Source: Octopus sinensis (taxonomy: Eukaryota). Taken from it: 64,000 bases of DNA. Below are positions 11,734-24,365 of the stretch, piece after piece. Position 1 is the first letter of the stretch, and each line of letters starts with the position of its first letter. A program made the position numbers and the translations under genes. Under the pieces are notes generated by a model. The model did not search any database, was not told the origin of the DNA, and saw only the letters and a list, made by a program, of their open reading frames with translations. The stretch spans positions 36,766,001 through 36,830,000 of the forward strand of contig NC_043000.1 of NCBI RefSeq assembly GCF_006345805.1, in the 5' to 3' direction.

Positions 11734-12877
11734 GACGCTGACACACTCGTGCAGGTGCGTGTATAAATAAAGTGTGCATATGTGTGTGGATGTCTATGTG
11801 TTTATCTATATATACACTAATTAGATATTATCTCCTTTCCTATTGTACTCCGTTTTGAAAATTTATATACACACGCACGCTTGTGCAGATCATATTATCA
11901 TAAAAATATATTTTCTTTCTTTTGTCCATGATAAATTTCCCAAGATTTTTTTCTTTTTGTTTATATACATACATAAATACGTGTGTGTGTGTGTGTGTGT
12001 GTGTAGTGAACTAACAGTACTTAATATAAATAGATTATATATATATATATATATATATTGATGGTGATCCAGCATGGCCTCAGTCTTTGGACTGAAGTGC
12101 ATAAAAGAATATATATGCGGCTCATGCCTCAAGAATTCGATCGATGTCCATACCACTTATTTAGAGGAAGAAATCTAAATATGTGGTAATAATGAAGAGG
12201 AATACAGTAACGATTTATTTGTGAATGTTATCAACAAAATAACTAAATCCAAATGGCTAAGTTATGAAATTAACAATAAGAAATTGCAGCTTGACCTTTC
12301 ACATTTAATAATTCCATTTCAAGATTGTTTATCTGCTGGTACAGGCATCTTTTAAATCTCAACTGACAGGTCTGTTTGCTTATTATTGCTGTTGGTGTCT
12401 TCGTTTCAATGTAAGCTTCCGATATTTAATCAAGTTTCTGTTGGTAGAAGCGACACCAACGGCAATCACTGACTTAAAGGCGACTTATTTCAAGGCTAAA
12501 ATAGACGAACAGATGATGCTCACCGCTGAACCGAATGCCTCTGAGTCATATTAAAACCAGGAGGCTTGTAGCATTCTTTTCTCAGTCACCAAATTCTGGC
12601 AAGTAAAATAATTTTGCCGTAGAAAACATGGATTATGTGTCAAGGAGAGGTTGACAGGAAATTAGCGCCTTTCTCTACAGGAATGCAATTTACTTGAACA
12701 ACTGATCAAAAATACGTGATTTATACGCTTAATATAAAAATTAAAGTGAAACTCAAAATATCACGTTATTGATTAAAACTCGTGTCGTTTCGTTACGAAA
12801 TCGTGTCTCGTTTGATACCGCTTTATACAAACGCAGATGCTACTATAACCTGATCCTTGTAGTGTTACTTCGCAGAG

Positions 12878-13264
12878 GGTGGAGGCGCAATGGCCCAGTG
12901 GTTAGGGCAGCGGACTCGCGGTCATAGGATCGCTGTTTCGATTCCCAGACCGGGCGTTGTGAGTGTTTATTGAGCGAAAACACCTAAAAGTTCCACGGGG
13001 CTCCGGCAGGGGATGGTGGTGATCCCTGCTGTACTCTTTCACCACAACTTTCTCTCACTCTTACTTCCTGTTTCTGTTGTACCTGTATTTCAAAGGGCCG
13101 GCCTTGTCACTCTCTGTGTCACGCTGAATATCCTCGAGAACTACGTTAAGGGTACACGTGACTGTAGAGTGCTCAGCCACTTACACGTTAATTTCACGAG
13201 CAGGCTGTTCCGTTGATTCGGATCAACCGGAACCCTCGTCGTCATAACCGACGGAGTGCTTCCC
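12878..13264 (+). mobile_element. tRNA-derived SINE family C, full length, 11-bp TSD
   Basis: Head GGCGCAATGGCCCAGTGGTTAGG..GTTTCGATTCCC. TSD ACTTCGCAGAG at 12867-12877 and 13265-13275. Confidence 0.92.
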
Positions 13265-13921
13265 ACTTCGCAGAGTAACTTCTCCGAGTCCCACACATAC
13301 CCCTGTCTCATTTGAGTTTTAACTGACTTGTTTTATTCGGAGACTAAATCTTCTGTATTCGCTGTTAAACTCTTTGTTTATGGATGTCATAGGCGTCAGA
13401 AGTTAAGCCCATTATACTATCTTCCAGAACCACAGCAGAACCCCAGAGCTAAACGTCCCTGAAGCCACACAAAAGCTGATTCTAAGAGTGAGTTATCTTG
13501 ATCACATATAGTATACATAGCACCCTATTTCCGGCACACCGGCCTGCATACCCCTTAATCTGTAAAGTTTACAGAAATTTGAAATTCCATTGACTGCCAG
13601 TGTAGTTGAATGAGCGACCACGGGTGACGCTGTATTTATATGCATCATTTACCCCGAGCTTGTTAGTGGTGATACTAAAATCATGTGGGACTCTGCTTAT
13701 TTCGTTCAAAGTTGCCCTTAGCTATGGCTACTACGCTAAGTGATACTGTCAAGTGTAATCACAGATCCAATTTTCTGTTAAGTTTCGAACAGTTCACGGT
13801 ACTTTAGACGCATGGCAGGTCCATAATTAGTAGGTTAGGGGTCTGTTGGTGAACTATTATTGCCTGACCATGTGGTCCGGCAAAACAGTTAATCCGTCAA
13901 GGCTTTGCAAGTGTATCAAAT

Positions 13922-14326
13922 GTTGGTGTAGGCGTGGCTTTGTGGTAAGAAATTTGCTTCTCAACCACATTATTTCGAGCTAAGTCCGACTGCGTGGCAC
14001 CTTCTACTATAACCCCGGGCCGACCAAACCCTTGTCAGTGGATTTGGAAGCCGTAAACTGAAAGAAGGCCTTTATATGTGTGTGTATCTTTGCGTCAGTG
14101 TATGCCCCCTTCCACTAGTGCACTTCTAAACTTTTAAAGCCTTTGAAATATGTTTTAACGTTGACAACCAGTCCCCATAACAAAGTCGTTCGGCAAAAGA
14201 GACCGATGGAATAAATACCAGGCTTAAAACACAAAACGTACACAGAATCGATTCGTTCGACTAAAAATGCTTCAAGGTGGTGCACATGCATGACTGCAGT
14301 CTAATGACTAAAACAAGTAAAAGATA
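13922..14326 (+). mobile_element. SINE family B carrying a 44-bp foreign insert
   Basis: GGCGTGGCTTTGTGGTAAG head to GACTAAAACAAGTAAAAGA tail; insert at 14119-14162. Confidence 0.8.
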
Positions 14327-14615
14327 ATGTAGAAGTTAGAGTCCTGAAGTTTGCAACTTTTAAAGTTTGCAGTTAAATTCATAGATTACATTGGTCTTCG
14401 TTTGTTCCTGGGTTGACATGTTTGAGTTACGTTGCTGATAAAAAGGTTTTGGTGTATTCGTAATATATTATCGGGTTATGATTAACAGTTCGTAAGATTT
14501 TGCTGCATTGGATTCGTGCGTTTTATCGAATGTATTTTCTCATATATTCGTTGTATTTTCAACTGTTTTCTGCTAAAGCTCAGTCTACTCGACTGTTGGA
14601 ATAAAGCAACCAATA

Positions 14616-14978
14616 GACGCAGGCGTGGTTGTATGGTACATGGTTCCGGGCTCACTGCATCGCATCTGGCCAAGTGTCTTCTACTATAACCTCGGTCCGA
14701 CCAAAGTCCCATGAATGTGTTTGGTAAATGGAAAATGAAAGAAGCCCGTCGTATATATCTGTGTCTCTGTGTTTTTACCCCCATACCCACTTGACAAGTG
14801 GTGCTGGTGTGTTTACGACCCTGTAACTTAGCGGTTTTAGCAAAAGAGACTGATATAATAAGTACCAGGCTTTAAAACACATCGGTACGGGGGTCGATTC
14901 ATTCGCCTAAGAATTCTTCAAAGCGATGACCCGGAATGGCTGCAGTTTAATAACTGAGACAAGTGAAAGAATAAAAAT
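14616..14978 (+). mobile_element. SINE family B
   Basis: GCAGGCGTGGTTG..GGTTCCGGGCTCA..GGCCAAGTGTC..CTGAGACAAGTGAAAGAA. Confidence 0.8.
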
Positions 14979-17249
14979 TAAACCTCGATTAAGGATTACT
15001 TTTTCTTTCTCCTAATGCACCGATTGTGATTGTGGACGAGAATAGAAACGTTTTTCTGAGAAGTGATTTTACCACCGTCCTCTTATTGTGTGAGCATTCA
15101 CAGTCCACGTGTAGGTGTATGTATTTGATTGTCTGGTATATATTGACGCTGTGTATATATTACATAAAATCTAAGTATACATCGTTCGCAGTTATACAAA
15201 GAATTATTTTATTAAGCAAAACAAATTAGTGAGGATGCTCAGCACAAATGGAAAAATCTAAAGCTTGCAGCTGTTAATTAGTAGAAGCGGGAAAACAATC
15301 AGCAACGAATTTACAAAATTGAGTAAAAGGACGGTAGATATTTCATTCCTTTTCCATTAAATGTGGTTTTCCCCTCTCTCACTATTACAGCTAATTGATA
15401 GCTCCAAGCTTGGTATTTTTTCATTGTTATTGAGCACTCACTCTAATGTGTCTTCATATTAAAATAATTCTTGTTAAAATATGTTCTCTAACATAGATTT
15501 TTATTCCCTTTTACGGGTTGTTTCTTAATTTATATTAGTTTGCTTTCAAGTATATACATATCCAATAATATTATAAAAGTATATCTAATAATATTCAAGT
15601 TAATTTCTTGGTTATCAAAAGTATTTTCGCGCCTTATATTAATTGCAATCAACTGTAAATGAGAAGAGGAGATAACATGGGGAATAAAGAATTTTCTTAG
15701 AAACTGAAATGCCATGAAGGAAAACGCACTGATTGACTGGAAAGAGGAACTGTGGACACACCGTTTTGTTTACAGCGGTCGTCATCTTACTTCAGATGAA
15801 CAAAATTTCAGTAAACCAAGAGAATGTATTGTTTTGTGTTGTTTAATACACATCTTGATGTCTTTACTAGACACAGTCATGCCACACGCCACAAGAGCAG
15901 CATCTCTTATTCGGTCTCGTTTATGTATAGGAAAGAGTGTGTGGAGGAGAGAATAAGGAGGGCTAGTGATGGAGAAAGAAGGAGACGTGAGCGACAGTGA
16001 GGGAAAAGAGTTAGAAGAAAGGGTGGGGAATGAAAAAGGAGAGGTGAAGCGTACATTTGTGAACTCGTTTGAGTCTGAGTACGGTCTTGTGTGTGTGTTG
16101 CATGTTTGAGTATATAGGTTTCGGTTGTGTGTATTGTGTGATGCTGTGTTGTGAGTGTTGCGTTGTGCGATGTGAGGGTCGTTTCTGTTATTGTGTATGT
16201 GAGAGTGTGCTTGCCTGGGTGTGTGTATGTGCGTTCTTGCGAGAATGTGTGTAGGTGGTGTGTAAGCATTTGTGACGTGAGGAGACTGTGTGTGTGTGTG
16301 TGTGTGAGCGCTTGTGTTCTCAGTGAGTGTCAAGTGTGGAAGAGTTGTTCGATGGGGGATTGTACCTGTGGAGATATTGTGTGTGTGAGCACAGATGGGT
16401 GTGGGGCTTCTTACGCAGGAGATAAGTTAGCACAAGGTTAGTATGCTGGAGGAAGTTCAAATTCTTAGAAATCCAATGATTTAAGCTGAATTAATTACTT
16501 CACAAACATAGGAATTGGTCAGCGGTACAGATTTTCAAACAAATTACGTTCGTTTATGTGCTTCTCAGCAAAATTACCTTATTTCGTCTACACAAATAAC
16601 GGCATGACAGTAACCGTAATTCACGGGATGCGTCGAAACAGCTGTAAAGAATGCTTTAATCGGGTAATATTTCATAACAACACATATATTGGATATATTC
16701 TATACCCATATAATTGTTAATTTGTTTCCTTAATATATGCGCGCATGCGTACTAGAAAGAGAAAGAATTCCAATCTCTCGGACAATGTGAGTTCCAGTTC
16801 TTCTCTTTTTTTAATATCGCATAAGTCACTGAATAATTCCTCAGATACGTGGTTCACTACAACAAAAACAGGGAACATAAACATGATACAGTGTGACCCT
16901 TTAGATCCTCAAAGCTTAGGTTTCTATCAGGATGCGGTAAGGGAGAGAAAGAGAAAATACACTTGCTCAAGATGGAATTAAGTATGCTCTTCGCAAGAGC
17001 TCCTTGATTGTAGATTTAAGCATTCAGCTATGTGTGAATGTGTGTGACACTATATATTAATGAGTGTGTGGTGGGGCAAAAGTAGGAGTACAACTGCTTA
17101 ATATGAATAGAATGTGCTTTTTATTTTTCTACTTCTTTTTAGAATTCGATGATCCTATGTTCTTTTTAACTAATTCTTCCCATAATAAGAAAATTATTCC
17201 TAATTTCATATATTTATCAAATGGCTGGAAATTTGTTCAACAATGAATG

Positions 17250-17450
17250 AAAGTGTATCATCAGAGAGTTGCGGAAAACAGAGAATGTTGAAAAGGTTGG
17301 ATAGAAATGGACTGAAGAATTTCAAAGACCAGCTCCATCACGATTAACAGTTTATAGAATACGTGACAAATTTGAGCAGACTGGTTTCATCTGCAATGTA
17401 CAGGTCAGTGTTACCACAGTGTTACCGGTCAGTGTTACCACTGAGGAAAA
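17250..17450 (+). pseudogene. DUF4817-type HTH fragment of a Tc1/mariner-like transposase
   Basis: Manual translation ENVEKVG*KWTEEFQRPAPSRLTVYRIRDKFEQTG..SVTTEEN resembles the P.R.TI.RI..KF..TGS pattern; recognised from memory only. Confidence 0.5.
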
Positions 17451-18045
17451 TTAAATACTTAAAGTCCCCCAAAATATAAAAAGAGGGCTTCCAGCGAACT
17501 AGGCATCTCCAGCTGATCTCTTAGTCGACTTATGAATCACTTAGACATTTCACTCCTATTAAGCAATTGCATCCCTACTTTTGCCCACGCCTGTATAATA
17601 CATATATACTTTTTACTCGCTCTGTGGTCACTAGAAGTTTTTTTGGGTTTTTTTTTTGTTTACTTCGCAGTGAGACTCTCCACGGATATTGGTACAGACT
17701 AATGACGGATACCAGTTCAAAAATATAATAATAATATATTCAGTAGATCGTGGTTAATTAAAACGCATATTAATTTATCGCTTTGACTCGTCAAATAATA
17801 AACTCAAACTAATGTTTTGTTCATTAACGCAAATATTAATTGAATTCTGTCTGCAGTTGAGTATATGTGTGTGGGAGTGTCTGGCTGTCTGTGATTGCAA
17901 TGGAATATGTATGAGCGGGTTTACGATGGTTAGTAAATATGTGTGTGTGTGTGTGTGTGTGTGAGTTCTTATTGAACGGAGCAGATTTCATGTTCTTTCC
18001 AAGCCCCGCGAGATCTTTTAGATCGACTCTGTGAACATCAATGTT

Positions 18046-18101
18046 CAGCAGTTAGCGTGACGTGTCTGGGTTTGTTCTTAGACACATCACGCTAACTGCT
18101 G
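18046..18101. other. 22-bp hairpin with 12-nt loop
   Basis: CAGCAGTTAGCGTGACGTGTCT (18046-18067) and AGACACATCACGCTAACTGCTG (18080-18101) pair at 21 of 22 positions. Confidence 0.9.
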
Positions 18102-18140
18102 CACACATGTATGGTGTGTGGAAGTTGAGGATGGATCAGC

Positions 18141-18460
18141 GAAAGCGTGCGACTTAGTGATTAAGACATTTGTTTCAAGAGCGTTATACCGCGAGTTCAA
18201 ATCCAGGCGCCGCATCGTGTTCTTGGGCCAAACACTTTATTTCTCATTACTCCAGTTCATTCGGCTGACAAATATGAGTTGTATTTGCAATTCAAAGAAG
18301 CCAATTCTGTGACACTGTGTACCTCGTTCAATCACTCCAAGTATTACATGAGGGGTACGCGTGTCTGCGGAGAGCTCAGCCACTTGCACGCTAATTTCAT
18401 GAGTAGGCTATTCTGTTAATCGGATCAATTGGAGCCCTCGCCGTCATAACCTACTGTGCC
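18141..18460 (+). mobile_element. SINE family D (different tRNA head, CORE-like middle, 3' tail shared with family C)
   Basis: GAGTTCAAATCC B-box; GTGTTCTTGGGCCAAACACTTTATTTC; tail GCTCAGCCACTTGCACG..CCCTCGCCGTC as in family C. Confidence 0.7.
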
Positions 18461-18630
18461 GGTTTTAAAGGATGGATCAAGATTAGCGTGGACATAATTG
18501 TGGGTTCGTGAGCGTCCGCTTACATGCGCGTGTGTGTGAGGGCTGTTCTACGCGTGGACTCCTTAAAATTAATTACACATTCTTTACAATAACATCGCTT
18601 CACTATTCAGTTACTTATGTGTTTCTACCA

Positions 18631-18789
18631 ACATTACTTTTTTATTTTCCCCAAAAGATTGCTATAACAGTTAATGGTTTATCATCTTGAAATATTTTTA
18701 ATAAACATTACTTTTTTATTTTCCCCCTTTTCCCCCCAAAAGAATACTATAACAGTTAATGGTTTATCATCTTGAAATATTTTTAATAA
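18631..18789 (+). repeat. Tandem duplication, units of about 74 and 85 bp
   Basis: CTATAACAGTTAATGGTTTATCATCTTGAAATATTTTTAATAAAC occurs twice; units start at 18631 and 18705. Confidence 0.9.
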
Positions 18790-19184
18790 ACTCATATTAG
18801 TTTTGCTAATTGTCACACCTCCATTAACTCAACGTTATTTCGAAAAGTGCTGTGGTGTTTGTTTCACTAGTGAGGACACAATAAAATCGAAACTTCGCCA
18901 GATATGTCTCATTTAATATCCGGAATAAACAGAGTAATATTTGTCATTGAGCTTGGGGTTTTGGTTCACAGAAATATTATGAAACATATTAATAACTAAC
19001 ACGAATAAAATATATACATAGCATAACATATAGTTCGATTTGGTTCATGAGAGCCCCTAGGCTACCTCACTTTTGAGGATCCACGCTGAAAACACATGAC
19101 AACGTTAAAAAGGTATCCTTTAGAAGGAGGTACACTAGATTTCGAGGCCTTGAGGCTTCTGCCTGACAAGCCTATATGTAAATC

Positions 19185-19390
19185 AGGCACAGCATACGGC
19201 AGAAGCGTTACGGTGCCCTAATATGTTATGATCCCAGTTCAAATCCGTCAGACGCTATTTTGCCTTTCATCTTTCTGGTGTTGATAATGTAAGCAAAATA
19301 CAAATAAAATAATCAGTACTGGGATCGATATTATAGATTACCTAAAATGTGTTGGAGTTAGGATGTGCAGCCGTGGCGTTGAAATTCGCA
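19185..19390 (+). mobile_element. SINE family A, old copy
   Basis: GGCAGAAGCGTTA..AGTTCAAATCC..TTTGCCTTTCATC..GTACTGGGATCGAT. Confidence 0.55.
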
Positions 19391-20162
19391 GGTTCTCACC
19401 CTTTTGGAATTAATGGCATTGATAGTGAAACAGAACTACAATTGTTCCATATCTTAAAGAATAAAGACGTCTCAGAGCGATCCACCATGTCCAAATATTG
19501 GAAACGAAATAAATCCCACAAAGTCAACCACAACCAACATGGTAGATGTAAAATTTGAGGGCTTTTTTTTCTTTGAATTCCAATCGCAAACATGTGAAAG
19601 CAAAAAACACATGCATACACACACACACACATACACGTCTGTGTATATAAATGCTCACCAACCAGCTAGCCTTGTTTAGACTATTATGTAAAATACTTCT
19701 CTATGAACAGTCCTATCATCATCATCATCATCATCACTAACAATGGTGAACGTCATCATCACTCTGAAGACACTGGTGTCGCCAATCTGTGTGCTATGGC
19801 ACTCAGAGTGTTTGCCTCCTTTCACTTGTCCTGATATGTAAAACGGTATCGATATCGGACATTATGGAAATATCCGTGGAAAGTCTTATTAGCAGCTTTA
19901 TGAAGCATTTACAGAATGGCTGAGACAAAATCTGCCAAAATATAATCCGTTTCACAGTTAAACAGCGAAAGACATCTCTCGTTGTCCAGAACGTGACTCA
20001 CACAGAGACGTTTATATTACAGCTCCTGTCGTATTAGTCAAGTTAAAACGGACGTCCAAAAATCAGAAAGAGAGAGAGAGACAGAGAGAGAGAGAGAGCT
20101 GATATAAATTGACTACTGACGTCAAGACCTCACACGTCACAACAACCACACACACCTGTGTG

Positions 20163-20194
<32 letters not shown>

Positions 20195-20220
20195 TGTGTC
20201 TGTATATATATATATATATA

Positions 20221-20585
20221 CTGTAGTACTTCGCAGTACGAGTGCCCCATTATACGAGCTATTTGCATTACTAGCCGCGACTCGTGCAAATTTTTGTCTT
20301 GAAGTACGAGCACACAACTTGTCCCATCTTTAAGGTAATTCAGTTAATAAAACCAGTTTACATATTTCTTTTGCATTCTTTTTGGCAAATGTCATTTTAC
20401 TTGTAACTACGAATTTTCGGTTTGAAAACTCATAAAAATTATTGCTGAGTGGTTTCGGGGGGCTGGAACGGATTAATTATATTTTAGTAAATTTCAATGG
20501 AGTAAAAATTTATTTGTAAAACGAGTAAATCGTAAGATGAGCTCGGTCTTGGAATGAATTAAACTCGTACTGCGTGGTATTACTG
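20221..20585. mobile_element. pogo/Tigger-like MITE
   Basis: TIR-like ends CTGTAGTACTTCGCAGTACGAGT and ACTCGTACTGCGTGGTATTACTG (19 of 23 match), flanked by TA on both sides; 365 bp, non-coding. Confidence 0.75.
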
Positions 20586-20689
20586 TATATAAATACACGC
20601 ACACACACACATTATTCCCTTGTTGTTAGGATCGTTAAAAGAATTACTCCATCCAGCGAAGAATACATATTAATAAACAGAGGATCTAA

Positions 20690-20985
20690 ATATGAGCTGC
20701 TATAAGTTTCATGTCTCATTTCGATAAGATAATTCGAGAACGGAGCGGAGTGAATGATATGATTGTAGAGTATCGAACGCACGAGTTCTGTTGGGTCAGA
20801 CATGTCACAAGATTCTCAGTCAACAGCTGGAGCCGTGCAGGTGCCGAGTGATACCCAAGAGATCGGAAAAGACCACGACTATGGGAAGGTGATTTATTTA
20901 AGCAATTTCGATCAAGAATGACGCAATCAAAACAGAACCGGAAGCGCGTCGTGACGAGCGGCGTATAACAGCATCTGATAATGTG
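20690..20985 (+). pseudogene. RTE-like LINE C-terminal fragment
   Basis: IRERSGVNDMI..CWVRHVTRFSVNSWSRA..YPRDRKRP resembles RWAGHVAR..DNRW..WYPR..KRP. Confidence 0.6.
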
Positions 20986-21576
20986 GTCGATACTGTGATA
21001 AGTGTCATGTATTGTTATGGGATGAGCTGGTACAATGCACGCTGTACAATCTCGTCCGATCACGATACTGTCCGAAAATGAAACTAATGGTAGCTCATTT
21101 ATATCGTGTTTAATGTATATCCGTATGAGACGAATTCGTGTAAGGCGACTAGAAAAGTGAAAAGCTTAAAATAAATTTCAAGTTTCAGTCTAAAAGTAAT
21201 GCATCTAGTATTTCCAAAACGAGGGAACGCAACGCCATTTATGCTGAGCTACATAAACAGTAACATTAAACGTAAAAGATCACTGAAGGGGAGGTAATCG
21301 TGAACTATCAAACAAGGAAATCGGGTGGAAAATCTAAAAGGACACTCATGAACCTACACCGCCGTATCAGATGCTCTGGAGTTCCCTTCAAGCAATAACA
21401 CTAAGTCCGCAAAACACCAACTGAATTTAAATAAGGGGCTAAAATGCTATACTCCAAGCTCATGAGAAGGTTTTTAATAATTTTAGAGCAAGAACACAAT
21501 ATATTTTTGAAATCAGCCCTACCTTCATCGGAAAAATTCAAATATATAAGAAAAGCTAATAGATATATATAAAATC

Positions 21577-21897
21577 TGGCACTCCGTCGGATACGACGTT
21601 CAGGGTTTCATTTGATCCGTTCAACGGAACAAGCTGTTTATGAAATTAATGTGTATGTGGCTGAGGACTCCGCAGACACGTTTCCTCTCAACGTAGTTCC
21701 CGGCGATTCAGCTTGATGAAGAATGTGACAATGTCGGCCCCTTTGAATTACAGGTACCACTCATATTTGTCAGCTGAATGGACAGGAGCAAGGTGAAATA
21801 AGGCGTCGTGTAGAAGGACACAAACCGCCGCCTGGGATCGAACTCACGACATTCATCCAGGAGCCGAATACCGTTACCACTAAGCTACGAGCCTTCA
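21577..21897 (-). mobile_element. SINE family D
   Basis: Minus: TGAAGGCTCGTAGCTTAGTGG..GAGTTCGATCCC head, CORE-like middle, family C-type tail ending CCGACGGAGTGCCA. Confidence 0.75.
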
Positions 21898-22123
21898 TTA
21901 CAGATATCACACACACGCAGCTGTAAACATATGGTCCAATACTTAAAATGAAGCAAGCACTCTTAACCGAGAACATTGTCGACGAATATCATATTTAAGT
22001 AGTATTTATAGAAAATGTAAACTGTGCTTTCTTTCTTTTCATTTGGCCGTTTGTATATTTATATATTGTTTTGCATGTGGCTATCCTGTTACACTGGTGC
22101 TTCTTAACATTTATGAAAAGCAG

Positions 22124-22505
22124 CATGAAGGCGCAATGGCACAGTGGTTAGCGCAGCGGACTCGCGGTCGTTAGACCACGGTTTCGATTGCCAGACCGTG
22201 CGTTGTGAGTGTTTATTGAGCGTAAACACCTGAAATTCCGCTAGGTATCGGTAGCGGGGGGTGGCAAACCCTGCTGTGTTCTTTCACCACAACTTTCTCT
22301 CGCCCTTTCTTCCTGTTCCTCTTGTACCTGTATTTCAAAGAGCTGGCCTTGTCACTCTTTGTTTCACGCTGAATCTCTGAGAACTACGTTAAAGGTACAC
22401 GTGTCTAAAGAGTACTCAGCCATTTGCACGTTAATTTTACGAGCAGGCTGTTAAGTTGATCGGATCAACTGTTACCCTCGTCGTCGCAACCGACGAAGTG
22501 CCACG
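22124..22505 (+). mobile_element. SINE family C, full length, 11-bp TSD
   Basis: TSD ATGAAAAGCAG at 22113-22123 and 22506-22516. Confidence 0.9.
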
Positions 22506-22962
22506 ATGAAAAGCAGAAAAAAATGTTGAGTCTATGACAACAACAAAGAATTTTAACTTAGAAAAGATAGATTTCAGTATTTTAAATCGAAAATATTTTT
22601 CGATGCCTTAAAATTTCAATGATGAATATTTACTTTTTGATCTCTGATTTTTTTCTTATTCTCTTGCCTGTTTCAATCATTAGACTGCGGCCTTATTTGT
22701 GCGGTTACCATGTTTGAATTTTCTGACAGCGGAAGAAATATTTGACAGACAAATTATAATGAGCGTACTTATCAAAATAGTGTAAGAACATATTGAGAAA
22801 ATTTCTATGATTCTTAGGCGAAGGAAGGCATCGTGCTCATTAATATATTCGTACGTACATATCATTTGATGAACACACTCTTGTGTTTGACATGAAGTTG
22901 TATTTATATAAACAATTTAACATTAAACTAACAGATTACTTAATACTTTCAATAATGTACAC

Positions 22963-23170
22963 CAGTGATTCTCAAATTTTTTTTTTTTTATCAATGGACC
23001 CTTTTGATTAATTTTACTCTGGTGGACCTCCATAGCCGATTGACGTTCCCTCAAAAAACTAGTGGTAATAAAACTAGTTCTACAAACGCATTAAAGATAA
23101 TAACCTAGTTTTCTTTCGCAATAAATACATCTAAAGCAAAATGTTTTCCTTAATCCCTACCGGTGTACAC
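22963..23170 (+). mobile_element. Possible hAT-like non-autonomous DNA transposon end
   Basis: Begins CAGTGATTCTCAA..ATGGACCC, similar to hAT/Charlie-type termini; no partner TIR found. Confidence 0.25.
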
Positions 23171-23788
23171 GTAAATTAAATTTCGAAGACCTATCAACCT
23201 TTACTTTGTAAAAGGTTTAATCTCTCTCCTCTATATAAGACAGATGGATTCTCGATTGTTACAATTGTTTCGTTAGGAGTCTTTATAATGATGTAGAAAG
23301 AATACAATTATTTGTGTAACATTTAATGCAATACACCAAAAACCTCCAAAGCTCGTCAGGTAACTTCCCAAAACAGAGTGACACAACGAATCAATCGATT
23401 CACCGCGGGATTCTGTCTAGCCAATTAGTGGCGTGATTCACATAGGCTTCGATTCTTTACAGATCCTATAATCGAAATATATGAATTGGTAGAGTTAGTC
23501 TCTTGTTAATCTAAAATCCGGCAATGGGTACATCATGGGTTCCACGAAAATCCCTACAAAAAATTCCTAATTCTCAACTACTAAGATTGTTGCTATTTGA
23601 CCAATCTTGCTCAAACCTAATCTAAATTGATGCAATAAATAAAATTGCTGTATTTGTCTCCCATTTTCTTTTCAATTCAGTTTGAACCATTATCATCACA
23701 GCTACTCCGTCATACAATTGCCTTAATAATTTATTCTTTAGCGCTGCTTAACGAATTTACCACTTGTATCAATATCATCAGGCAATTT

Positions 23789-24003
23789 AAGGCGGCGAGC
23801 AAGCAGAGACGTTAGCACGCCGGACGAAATGCTTTGCGGTATTTCGTCTGTTGTTACGTTCTGAGTTTAAATTCCGTCGTGGTCGACTTTGCCTTTCATC
23901 CTCTCGGGGTCGATAAATTAAGTACCAGTTGCGTACTGGGGTAGACCTAATCGACTGCCCCGTCTCCCAAAATTCGGGCTTTGTGCCTAGAACAGAAAAG
24001 ACA
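23789..24003 (+). mobile_element. SINE family A
   Basis: AAGGCGGCGAGC head to GTGCCTAGAACAGAAAAGA tail. Confidence 0.85.
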
Positions 24004-24142
24004 GTTTTCGAAAGCATTTTCACATTACTTCCGTCGTAAAATCTTAAAAATAATGTTGCATTCAGCCACACAACAGGCGGCAGTAAATTATGAGCTTTTG
24101 TTACACATTCGGTTGCTTTGTCACCTTAATCCTTTCGTTATC

Positions 24143-24365
24143 GAACTTCTATGGCAGAATAGTTGCCATGTCGGACCAAAATGCTTAGCAGCATTTCTTC
24201 CGGCTCTCTTTGCTTTGAGTGCAAATACTACCAAGATCGATGTTGCATTTCATTTCATCATTTCGGACACCATGAAATAAATGCAAATTGAGCCCTGGGG
24301 CCGATATAATGGGTTAGACCTTCCCCTCAAATTTCAGACTTTGTGCGTTTCGTAAAAAAGAAAGT
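24143..24365 (+). mobile_element. SINE family A, diverged
   Basis: TGGCAGAATAG..AAATGCTTAGC..GCATTTCATTTC..CTGGGGCCGAT..CAAATTTCAG. Confidence 0.6.

Noticed and set aside
12881-12960. tRNA-like sequences at SINE heads (also 22129, 52845)
   Set aside because: A/B boxes are present but there is no complete cloverleaf, and each continues into a SINE body with TSDs.
16600-16655. GAAACAGCTGTA, a hammerhead-like 3' half
   Set aside because: No CUGANGA core or helix II upstream.
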